Program-made: the position numbers and the translations under genes | The notes under the pieces: generated by a model | What the model saw: only the letters and a program-made list of their open reading frames with translations | Told to the model about the DNA's origin: nothing | Databases searched by the model: none | Shown here: positions 11,815 through 22,396 of the stretch, in pieces | Position numbering within the stretch: the stretch's first letter is position 1 | Layout of the letters: each line of letters opens with the position of its first letter | Assembly: GCA_965644295.1 (NCBI GenBank) | Contig: CBFFRP010000608.1 | Coordinates: forward strand, 35,318 to 99,317 | Direction: 5' to 3' | Length of the DNA stretch: 64,000 bases | From: Paraphysomonas bandaiensis | Taxonomy: Eukaryota > Protista > Chrysophyceae

Positions 11815-13199
11815 ATTCCTTCAGTAGCTTGTTCCATATAAATGTTCTCCGTATCTTTGGTTATAAGCCGAATAAGACCCACGGCCTTGTGGAAATTTGC
11901 GGTCGAAATCATCATCTACAAGTACAATATTGCTAGTATTCACCTCAGGATGAACGAAACAATTCACAAGGTAGTTGTCATTGCAGATAGCCAATATTGG
12001 ATTACGAGAACCCCGCGCATTCTAGGGGGGGCGGCCAATGTCACACTAGACTTACTATACTGAGTCATGCATGGTCACGAGAGGCTCTGTTTAATCTTTG
12101 TTAGGTAATGGGAAGGTACAACTGGACACATGGTCCTACTAGAATCTGCGCGACTTACACATATAAGCCACACATAGCTATGGGAAATCCCGCGTAATCT
12201 GAGTAAAGGTGAACACGGGTGGGGCAGCAACAGAATCTGCGCGTGATCTACGGTCAGCTATGTTGGTACACGGTAAGCGGATAGGCGGGTGATAGAATCA
12301 GCGCTATAGGTGGTATACCAGCCAGCCTACGCTATGGCCACGTCCTCGGAATGAGGTAATTATCATATATCGTTATCTTCATCAGTAATATTCATTATTC
12401 ATCATTATGTGATTTCTTTGTCTTATTCTGCGGAATAGTTCCATATAAATCAATGAAAAGCATATATTATACTTGTCATAATATGTCATAGATCTTAGTA
12501 CAGTAGTGCAATAATAATAATTGATCTATTTTGAACATATTATATGTACAAGATTAAGTATATACAATGGAGAGATCATAGTGTAGAATACCCAATAGCT
12601 GTTTATTTCTTTATTCTATATTTATCTGTTGATTATTTTCTGCCTAAGGCCAAAGCTAAGAAATCACATGGTTCTTATCGAATATCATATATATAGTCTA
12701 TCCAGTACTTTCACACCGACACTAGGGCTAATATAGATATATCGATTCATAGTCCTGACACAGTACATAGCGATATATTAGCAATTTCGAATTAATTGAG
12801 AATGATATAGTTCTGTATATAATAGCATAGCTTCGATTTAATTGAGGATGATATAATTCTGTGGTTTAATTAAACATATTTATATATATATATACATATG
12901 CGATTACTTACATATACATATATATACATATAGTCTAGAGTGCATAAAGAGTGTTATGTTTTATTCAGTTAGATGTGTGTAAGTAACTCTTTGACAGCTT
13001 GATGTACATACCCCCTCAAACACTCACTTGTATTAACTTATATATACACGTATATATAATCACTCGTAAACACATACATTAAGTAATTAGCTGCGGACTA
13101 ATTATAAAAACAATTGAACTAGGTATTGGTGGGAAGATATGTCACAATAGCATTACAATATATTGTTCCCTAGCCCTGATATACACGTTTATGTGTGCA

Positions 13200-13535
13200 G
13201 TATACATATGACGGTGACATTCTATATCTACATATCGCACAACACATGTAACATAAGCTTGCAGATTATATATGACAGACATACAGAGATATTTGAAGTA
13301 TATATGTCACAGACGTGTATTTGCGTGAAGTATTCATAGGGCATATATATATATATGCAGTATGACAGAGGCATATATATATGTATATATGCAGCATGTA
13401 TGTAACAGAGACTTCTGTATGTGACATATACATATAACTCGCACATATATGTGTACGCAGTACATATATAACACACATATATATACGTTAGTGCAATATA
13501 TACGTAACTGAGACGTGTATACGCGCAGTACACAT
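13200..13535. repeat. Low-complexity TA/CA/TG alternating tract
   Basis: Dense ATATAT/ACATAT/GTATAC sequence; source of spurious Y/I/C/M-rich ORFs. Confidence 0.7.
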
Positions 13536-14399
13536 GCGACAGAGAGATCTATAAGTGTGACATTCACAACAATGAAGCATACGGGAGGCGACGTACAGAT
13601 GTAAGATGTATCCATCATTCACACCATCGCCCATCACTTAAAGTCTGTCTCTGTCGGTCGGGATCGTGGAATCTCAATTGCGGGAGCGGTGAAATGTGAG
13701 GGACAGAATGGAGCGGTTTTTAGTTTAGCAGAGCAAGATAAACACGAGGATATGCTGATAGGTGTGGATGGTGTTGTATCAGTGCAGTGGAGATATATAT
13801 GCATGGAGTGACAAGAGTTGGATATGATCATAAAACTGAAAACTGAAAAATGGGAGCGACATGGTTTTGACCGACAGTGGCATGGATTTTACGAGTGTGT
13901 GGGACTGTATGCTATAGAATTCATCAAGTAGGCTCCAAAATTACCTAAAATTGTGCATTTCAGGGGTAAATTTGCAAGTTATTTCCCATATGAGACCGCA
14001 ATAAAGGCCAGAGACCTAGAAACCACAGTCATACACTGTATATAGACTGCTTTGCATAAAAATTCCACAAACAACGAGAAAAGGGCGATTTTTTGCCAGA
14101 TACATATAAAAATATGTATAAGGGACGAATAGTGTTTGTGGTTTATTCCCACCGACTTTTTATTCGTGTCGAGAATATATTCTAAAAATCCCCAGTTTTC
14201 TACACTGATAGGTACTTCAAGTCATGTGCGTCACTGTCGTGTCCTGCTGTTCCCTCATGAAGATATGCAGCCAGTTGTCGTACTCCGCTGTGCCACGGCG
14301 CATCGTGAGTATCTTCACAACTATGCGGCACTTCTCATACATAAGAGTCCACCCTCTAGTCAGTGGACATACACTAGAATATATATGAATATAGCTAAT

Positions 14400-16509
14400 A
14401 TGATCCGCCTCCTGACAGTTCTATTGCTCCCTCTTATATCTGCTGTGGAGTACTCATGTCCTGATGGCTGGGATCTCTTCCAACACTCCTGTTATAGACA
14501 CGGTAAGATATCACGGCGCATGCTCTGTGTTCACGATCATGCATAACAAACACGCATCAGGCGGGACAACGAAGGATTGGGGCTATGCAGTAACAGCATG
14601 CATTCAGTTTCATGGGTTCCAGCAGGCGTATTTAACGGTACTGAACTCTGGTTCGGAGAGAGACTTCATATGGCAGTATGTGAACAGTCATGGCATATGG
14701 CTATCTCTCAGTGATGCAGCTCAAGAAGGCAACTGGCAATATTATCAGGATGATAAGGCTTTCTTAGGATGTGATCCGCCTTTGGATTTGTGGGATATAA
14801 ACTCGAATTGGGCATCTGGAGAGCCGAATAATCATGAATCGAGAGAACACTGTGCTGTACTATACAGCTCAGGCGTTGTCGATGAAGCGTGCGATGATTC
14901 TTACCAGGAAAATGAAAACACCATTGTCTGTGAGATACCTGCCATTGGAGTAGTAGATTTTTGTTTACCAACAACATTGGCAGTGCATTTCGTTGTGGTA
15001 ATACGAGGCACAACTTACATTAACCCTTCTGATCAACTTATGACCGACTTGTGTGGACCCCTATCGAGATTTTATAACAGAGATGATGTTATTGTGTATG
15101 GCTTTGGACCCAGAGGAACTCACTGTAGTGGAACTTGGCAGTATGTTGAGGATGGGGAGTCGAGGCGAAAACTACAAAGTGGCAATGCCACTGATATTGA
15201 GATAACATTCGACATCACAATTAATGCAGAAAATTCTAATTTTATTGATGTGGACAATGTAGTTTCCGGCTTTCAGGACGATGTAACGGCCGCTGAAGCG
15301 GGTGCTCTTAGTGCACTTGAGTCCACTGGAGATTTTGTTACAACTGGGTCTCTATCTATTTCAGAGTTTACTTCGGCCGAGTTTGATACAACAGAAGTTC
15401 CAACTGGTCAACCCACGGGCCAACCTAGTGGTCAACCAACTTCTATTCCGACTATGCATTTTGAGTACTCTCTTGTGCTATCAGATATATATGGAAATGG
15501 TTGGGGGAGCGGTGTCAAAGTTGTCTTGGAAAATACTGATGGGTCAACCGATTACTACGTTCTTGACTGTGTATGTGATGTTATTCGGTACATTCAAGAT
15601 GGAGTGAAGTCTATATCAATATCAGTTGACAAAGGAGCAACCACTCCGTGGGAAGTGTTTTGGTTTATTGAAGAGCGCTGGACGGAGAGACGATGGTATG
15701 GTAACGCTGAAACGAAATTTATATTCAGCTCGAACATGGATGTAATCGAAACTGTTCATCCTGTTGAAGGTTGTCATGCTTCAGGCTGCAAGAATTGTTT
15801 GCCGGAACCAAAACCTAAGCCTAAACCATCACCTATAAATAACACTCACCCTCCCCCACTGCAATTTCCATTTAGGCTTGAGTCTAAGAGTGGGCAAGGG
15901 TGGTTTGTTCCTGCTGACGTGGAAATCAATGTTGACATATGCACTTTTTCCGTTCCACAGAGTCTTGTTTACCCCATGTATTTTATCATGGATGAATACA
16001 ATACCAAGTTACTTCATTCAGGGACAATGTGTCGCTATGGTGATTTAGACCATTTACATGAGGTGTTGCCTAGAGACGGAAGGTTTCTCTTTCGTGTTGC
16101 AGGGTTATCAAACCTTGAAAATGGGAATTTTACATGGGATTTCTGTGGAGTGACCGGAGTTTTAAATCAAGAAGTACACTTCACCATGACGAAAGGAAAG
16201 TGCAAACCTGGAATGGAGCGAATTCCGTCCGATTACTGCACTGATGACTCGATGAAACCTCCTGTGGATCGTATAAATTCTGCTGGTGGTGCATTCCTCT
16301 CATATCAGCAAACAGTTGCTGCGGTTAGCGGAACTGTGGCTGTTACTGTCGTAATTCTATCCTTCTTGGTGTATGTGATGTATTTTGCGCAAGTACAGCG
16401 TCATCAACATATACCCGTATCTACGGAAAGTCAACACGATGCTATGGATTTTGAATTGGAGCCGTCTCCTGTCAGGGAAGGTTCCACAAAGCATCATCTG
16501 CAACTATGA
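14400..16509 (+). CDS. Type I membrane protein with an N-terminal C-type lectin domain (intron 14503-14560)
   Basis: Signal peptide MIRLLTVLLLPLISA, then CPDGW..F..SCY, WLSLSD, WASGEPNN, C..C..VCE. Followed by an RRKLQ site, a PTGQ repeat, DIYGNGW, a PKPKP linker and a C-terminal TM helix. The splice G|GC keeps the frame. Confidence 0.9.
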
Positions 16510-16864
16510 ATGCGTCAATGCGGAAGCTATTTATTACAACATGTTGGCTTTTTGACTACGTTACTTCTATTATTTTGCTCAAATTATTATGCGATGCCTG
16601 ATTTTTATTTAGGCTGTGTGTCGTAGTCTATGTAACTAATTTTTTGACGAAAACATAGTCACGATAGAAACTGCGAATACAAGGCAATAGTATGTCACTA
16701 TTGCAAACATAACATATATAGAAGCTTTTAGTCACATATTCTGATTCAACTAGACATTTTATGATATGAGGCAAAAACTCCATGTGTGCATTTTGGAGAC
16801 ACTAATGTGTTAGTTAGTGACTCCTTTAACCTTATCACAATTCCAATGTGCATAATATGTTCCT

Positions 16865-17183
16865 TGTCAAGGTTTGACATTATATGAGAAGTATTAACTT
16901 AACAACAGAAGGTAACTTATACTCAAAGCTGAGAATTATAAATTATAATCAATGTCTCTTATCATTCATCAATATCATGTTGTCTCCACTACCACTCATT
17001 TCTCGTACGACGATCTTACATCGTCACTACAACTTGCATCGTCACAATATTCCGTTTTACCGCTATGTGCTTATCGTCATTCATTCTCACAATACGATTA
17101 ACAAGACTACAACTGTATAATACAGTAATTTAAATACCTTATAACTACAGCTTTCAATTGCTCTCATATAGCAGAACTCAACA
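16865..17183 (-). repeat. 3' LTR (319 bp), preceded on the minus strand by PPT GAGAGGGAG (17184-17192)
   Basis: Direct repeat of 22078-22396 with no difference seen by eye. Confidence 0.98.
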
Positions 17184-17326
17184 CTCCCTCTCAATTCAAA
17201 GCTGTAGATAGACTCTTCACATCACAAGACATAACTGACGGATACGCAACCACCGAAACCAAACAGGACAAACAGGTGGACGTATGACTCCGACATTTCA
17301 GCTAGTCTCACAGTACAGTCAACTGA

Positions 17327-20300
17327 TCACTTACGTCGTTTGAACGTCTTTTCTCTAATAACCTCAACAGATGATTTTCGATCCTCTCCTAGGCATCTCT
17401 TCCTGTGTTTCTCGAAAGTTACACCACACAACGATTTCGTGAATATGTCTGCTGTCTGATCATCAGTTCCAACGTGGTACAATATGGCAGTGTTAAAGAG
17501 GCCATCTGGATCTACGTGTTCCCTAACCCAATGGTATTTGATCTCGATGTGTTTTGAACGCTTATGGAACACCGGATTCAATGCTAAGTCACGAGCACTC
17601 TGGCTATCCAAGAAAAATGGTGTGGGTTCGCGTAGACGAAGTCCTAATTCGTCCAACACCCCCCGAAGCCATACCAGTTCTTGCATGCCAGCATACATAG
17701 CCTGATACTCACTTTGCATTGATGACGTTGAAACGGTAGCCTGTAAAATGGACTGCCAGATAAGTGGTCCACCGGCGGCAAATACTATGTATCCAGTCGT
17801 AGATCGGCGTGACACCACATCGCCAGCCCAGTCTGCATCAGTAAAGATGTGCATGTCGAAGTGCTTACTACTGAACCGAATACCCTTTCGAACTGTACCC
17901 CTAACGTACTGCAATAGGTAAGTCATTAAATAACATGTAGCCCGGGTAGGTTTAGATGCATATCTAGATAACAAACCAACTGCATATGCAATATCAGGGC
18001 GAGTATTCATAGATAGATATAACATGGCACCCAGTAGGCTGCGATAAGGATAATTATCTACTCCCTCTTTCTCCTCAGGTGTGAGATCACTGTCTGCTTG
18101 ATTAATTCTGTCCATTGCATCGAGGGGTAGCGGCGACTTTCGAATTTTTGATGAGGGACCGAGGAAATCAGTGAATTTGAGAAGAATTTTCTCCGCATAT
18201 GTCTGCTGATCCAGCTGAATGAAATCCTGTCCTCGCGTGACACGAACATTGAGGAAATGTTCAACGGCTCCCATATCCGTCATGTCGAATCGTTCGCAGA
18301 ATCTAGCTTTTATTTCTGTAATAATATTAAGGTCAGCACATGCGATGACGATGTCATCCACATATATGGTGAGATACACTTTATGACCTTTATATACAGC
18401 ATGATACAAGCAAGGTTCTAACACACACGGTCGAAATCCCAAGGATTTGATGAACTTGTTTATGGTTTTCCACCATGATCGTGGTGAACTACGGAGCCCA
18501 TATAGAGATTTCTTCAATTTAAAACAATGTCCAGGTGGAAGTTGAAAATCTGGAGTAGGATTCATGTAAACGTCGCCTTCAATATCGGCATAACAGAACG
18601 CACTGGATACATCGAGTTGATGCACAAACATACTGAACACAAGAGCCAACGCCAGAATCAACCGAACAGAGATACTCTTGACTACAGGGGCAAATGTGTT
18701 CTCCACATCTACGCCAGATTGTTGACCGTACCCAAGTGCTACAAGTCGTGCTTTATGCTTCTTGATGGAGCCATCCTTATTGTACTTTCGCTTATATACG
18801 TAACGAGATTTAAGAGGTCGAGCATCAGGCGGAGTTTCTACTACTTCAAACACTTCACGCTGAAAAAGTGCATTCCGTTCTAATCTGCGCGCCTCCTTCC
18901 ATTTGTCTGCATCACTACACTGAAGAGACTCTTCGTATGACTCAGGCTCCCTATAATCAGACGGGTCAGTAATCAATGAGTCATCACTTGCCTTACACAT
19001 ATTAACGGCATCTTCCCCACACAGGAAGTTGATTTCACCCAGAGTAGACACGTTGGTCATCACTCTTTGGGTTCGTACCCTCTTGCTTATAGCAGCTGGC
19101 GGGTTAGCAGTTTGACTACTAGGGACACACACACTTGTCTCTCTAGACGAAGTGCTCACGCTTCTCTCGGGTAAGGCACATGGAGTCTGCTCACTCCCTG
19201 ATGAGTCATCTGCCGTAGACTGTTTGGGTGTCCCACCCCCAGCCGGCATCGATCGCTCCTCACCACCTGCCCCATCGTCACGGGTCGCAGGATTTTCGTG
19301 CCACCTGCGCAAATTATACGACTGAGTTAGTTTCACTACATCAGCTATATGTATCGGAGTCTTCTCCTCCAACTGCTCTCTACCAGCAGTTACTAAGGCT
19401 CTATAAGCCACGATCAAACCTTTCCGAACCACGACTCTCGTAGTCCTAAACAGGAAACCCTCATCGGTATGGTAAGATCCAATCAAATGGTTGAACTCTT
19501 CAACCTGTCGAGCCTGGGGGTCATGTTTAACTAACGCAGCCTCCAGCTCCTCGAAATACTCCTTCTCTCTGGGGGGAATGCTTTCGTCGAATAACACATG
19601 TATTGACACAACTTCGGACTCTCCTAGCCATATTCTGTATCCCCTCTTCTTTTTGGAGAGACCTAAAAAATATCCAATCTGCGATTTGCCTTGCCAATTT
19701 TTTCGACGATCACCCCTGGGAGTCTTCACATAAGCTTTACACCCCCATCGACGTAAACTGGATAAATCCGGAACAGAACCTCCAGGTACACACTCCATGG
19801 GAGACATCCATCCGCGGTAGGTCCGAGTGGGCATCATGCGAATAATTTCAGATGCATATACGTAGGCATCCCACCAGAATGGAACTGGGAATCCAGCATC
19901 TGACAGCATTGCAAGAGTCATCTCTCCCGCGGTTCGAAAACGTCTCTCAGACACGCCATTCATCTCAGGTGAGTCCGTAGAGCTCCACGTAATTGAGGTG
20001 CCAAACTTGCTGTGAAGATACTCCTGAATAGACTTATCAATGAGTTCGGCTCCCCCATCGGCATGATACACAGATAGTCGATGAACTCCTGGATACTTGG
20101 GAAGAAGAACCTCGACCCAATTCCTAATGTGCTCCAACACCTCACTTGCGGTCCGAGTTTTCAACGGAAACTCCCAGCATTCCTTGGTGGCCACATCTGT
20201 CAACGCTAATACATACCGGTATCCCTGTCGAGATGGACAATTGAAATATACTCCTATATCGACAGTTACTTTTTCCAGAAACCTTGTCGCCTGTAGCTCT

Positions 20301-22093
20301 TCATCACTCTTCCCAGGAAACGAGATTCTGGTAATCTTCGACTTTGCACAGGCTTTGCAGATACCCTTGGTTTTCTGAAGACTCTTCTTACTCAGATGAG
20401 ATCTGTTAAGGCCACTCCCTGTGAACAACCGATGTTTGAAAGCTTCTAATAGCTTGCGCTTGCTGACATGCCCGCATCGTTTGTGAAGCAATTCCAGAGG
20501 GTCTTCATTTGTTTTATCCGATAGATGTACTTCTGCAGCTAAACTCGTCAAGTCAGGTAACTCCAACAAGTCCTTTAGATCAACGAAGGGCATTCCATTA
20601 TCTGAATACCTAGCTTCAAGAACAACTTCTGCATTATCCAATCGCACTATTTTTGGAGTCTCTAGCAGCTGAAGTCCATATCCAAGCGTACGAAGCATCC
20701 CTCCCGAACAAATATTCTTGACTGAGTCGGGGCATACCTTTAATTTTGTCCAGTCACCATAGTTGCCTGAGCCAGTATATCGTAAGCTGGATCCCGCTTT
20801 GGTTGTCTGAATGGCTCCTTCGTCTGCAACAAATGTCTGTAGAATATCACTGTTCTTGATGATGAAGAGTTGTTTCGACGCGCAGCTGTCTAGAAATACA
20901 ATGTCTTCAGAAGTATGCAGCACCTCATCTGCAACATTCACTTCTAAGTTACTCGATTCATCATATAACAACATGTGCACAGAATCATCCTCTTGCTCGT
21001 CTCTTTGAAGATAACGATTCCAGTCCGAGCTCTTTTTGATGGGCCTTTCCATCGTACCGTTTTTTTCGGAAAAATGTCGTTTTTTGTTAACAGAATCCTC
21101 CGCTTTCCTTGTTTTTCGAACTTGAGCTCGATGTCTGCATTCATGAGCTCGATGTCCAGATACGCCACACACAAAGCATCCATCATCATCAGCGCCATTT
21201 TTTGACTTACTTCTTTTGGATTCTGATTGCTCTCTTCGATGCTTGTTTTTACCATTGCGCTTCATTTGGGAGATCTTCAAATCTTTCTTCTTCATCCAGC
21301 AGTTCTTCTGCGTGTGACCTCGTTTTCCACATTTAGAGTATGAGCATGTTACCTCTTGATCAGAAGAATTCCAATGTACTTCCGGTGCAGAAGACTCCTG
21401 TGGTAGACCCTTTGCCTGGTCGAAGCGCCTACAAATGGTGATCATCTCATTAAATGAAATATCACCTTTCAGGTAGATGTTTGTGTACAGCTGCTCCAGA
21501 TCCTTCCTCGTTTCCAGCGCAGTCTGCAGCTTCGTTTTTTTGGATACGTCAGTTGGCGGCTCACCAAGTTCCGTCATTTTTTGGACAATTCCGTTCAGTC
21601 GATCAATGGCTGTACACACCAGCTCCCCCTGTAGAATTCTAAATGACGCAAACTGTTTATTCAGTTCCACCAATTCGTACTGGGTTTCCCCACGAAATCT
21701 AATAACCAATTTATTTACCAATTCACTTGCTAACATCTCCTTATCGGGATCATCAGGTGGAAGCATGTCCTTCTCTCGGAAGTATTGATCAACAATCTCA
21801 AGCGCCTCCGCCACAGGTTGAACAGCTTCGAAGATGGAACTGATGCAGGTGTCTTTCCTCTCCAACCACTTGTCGAGGTCTTCCTTATACTTGTTTTTCA
21901 CAGCTGTGGACGCATTGTCAGCAGGTCGATGCGGTCGCTCCTCCAACCCAAGATGGTTCCGATTCTTTCTCATGAGCCAAACTCTCAATCGCTTCGTCCA
22001 GTTCACAACACCGAACTGATCGAACTTCGGAAGGTGTTTCCATTCCGAACTACTTGCGGAACTACCGTCTGCTACCATGTCAAGGTTTGACAT
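17327..22093 (-). CDS. Copia Gag-Pol polyprotein, 1588 aa
   Basis: Two Zn knuckles, protease FLDSCAS, HKRCGH..CKAC, integrase D..D..E (VTVD/HADGG/NGVSE), RT IYVDD, RNase H TDADWAG..SEY..DSQSA..ADIFTK. Confidence 0.99.
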   Translation of the reverse strand: MSNLDMVADGSSASSSEWKHLPKFDQFGVVNWTKRLRVWLMRKNRNHLGLEERPHRPADNASTAVKNKYKEDLDKWLERKDTCISSIFEAVQPVAEALEIVDQYFREKDMLPPDDPDKEMLASELVNKLVIRFRGETQYELVELNKQFASFRILQGELVCTAIDRLNGIVQKMTELGEPPTDVSKKTKLQTALETRKDLEQLYTNIYLKGDISFNEMITICRRFDQAKGLPQESSAPEVHWNSSDQEVTCSYSKCGKRGHTQKNCWMKKKDLKISQMKRNGKNKHRREQSESKRSKSKNGADDDGCFVCGVSGHRAHECRHRAQVRKTRKAEDSVNKKRHFSEKNGTMERPIKKSSDWNRYLQRDEQEDDSVHMLLYDESSNLEVNVADEVLHTSEDIVFLDSCASKQLFIIKNSDILQTFVADEGAIQTTKAGSSLRYTGSGNYGDWTKLKVCPDSVKNICSGGMLRTLGYGLQLLETPKIVRLDNAEVVLEARYSDNGMPFVDLKDLLELPDLTSLAAEVHLSDKTNEDPLELLHKRCGHVSKRKLLEAFKHRLFTGSGLNRSHLSKKSLQKTKGICKACAKSKITRISFPGKSDEELQATRFLEKVTVDIGVYFNCPSRQGYRYVLALTDVATKECWEFPLKTRTASEVLEHIRNWVEVLLPKYPGVHRLSVYHADGGAELIDKSIQEYLHSKFGTSITWSSTDSPEMNGVSERRFRTAGEMTLAMLSDAGFPVPFWWDAYVYASEIIRMMPTRTYRGWMSPMECVPGGSVPDLSSLRRWGCKAYVKTPRGDRRKNWQGKSQIGYFLGLSKKKRGYRIWLGESEVVSIHVLFDESIPPREKEYFEELEAALVKHDPQARQVEEFNHLIGSYHTDEGFLFRTTRVVVRKGLIVAYRALVTAGREQLEEKTPIHIADVVKLTQSYNLRRWHENPATRDDGAGGEERSMPAGGGTPKQSTADDSSGSEQTPCALPERSVSTSSRETSVCVPSSQTANPPAAISKRVRTQRVMTNVSTLGEINFLCGEDAVNMCKASDDSLITDPSDYREPESYEESLQCSDADKWKEARRLERNALFQREVFEVVETPPDARPLKSRYVYKRKYNKDGSIKKHKARLVALGYGQQSGVDVENTFAPVVKSISVRLILALALVFSMFVHQLDVSSAFCYADIEGDVYMNPTPDFQLPPGHCFKLKKSLYGLRSSPRSWWKTINKFIKSLGFRPCVLEPCLYHAVYKGHKVYLTIYVDDIVIACADLNIITEIKARFCERFDMTDMGAVEHFLNVRVTRGQDFIQLDQQTYAEKILLKFTDFLGPSSKIRKSPLPLDAMDRINQADSDLTPEEKEGVDNYPYRSLLGAMLYLSMNTRPDIAYAVGLLSRYASKPTRATCYLMTYLLQYVRGTVRKGIRFSSKHFDMHIFTDADWAGDVVSRRSTTGYIVFAAGGPLIWQSILQATVSTSSMQSEYQAMYAGMQELVWLRGVLDELGLRLREPTPFFLDSQSARDLALNPVFHKRSKHIEIKYHWVREHVDPDGLFNTAILYHVGTDDQTADIFTKSLCGVTFEKHRKRCLGEDRKSSVEVIREKTFKRRK
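22068..22077 (-). other. Primer-binding site TGGTAGCAGA (tRNA-iMet type)
   Basis: Immediately internal to the 5' LTR; complementary to the ..UCUGCUACCA 3' end typical of initiator Met tRNA. Confidence 0.85.
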
Positions 22094-22396
22094 TATATGA
22101 GAAGTATTAACTTAACAACAGAAGGTAACTTATACTCAAAGCTGAGAATTATAAATTATAATCAATGTCTCTTATCATTCATCAATATCATGTTGTCTCC
22201 ACTACCACTCATTTCTCGTACGACGATCTTACATCGTCACTACAACTTGCATCGTCACAATATTCCGTTTTACCGCTATGTGCTTATCGTCATTCATTCT
22301 CACAATACGATTAACAAGACTACAACTGTATAATACAGTAATTTAAATACCTTATAACTACAGCTTTCAATTGCTCTCATATAGCAGAACTCAACA
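22078..22396 (-). repeat. 5' LTR (319 bp)
   Basis: TGTTGAG..CTTGACA on the minus strand; direct repeat of 16865-17183. Confidence 0.98.

Larger units (their letters stand above)
16865..22396 (-). mobile_element. Full-length Ty1/Copia LTR retrotransposon, 5532 bp, TSD TTCCT
   Basis: Two 319-bp TG..CA LTRs, 5-bp TSD at 16860-16864 and 22397-22401, PBS, PPT and an intact gag-pol ORF in PR-IN-RT-RH order. Confidence 0.99.

Noticed and set aside
16884-17120. Identical 78-aa ORFs at 16884 and 22097
   Set aside because: Both lie inside the LTRs, antisense to the element; their identity simply reflects LTR duplication.
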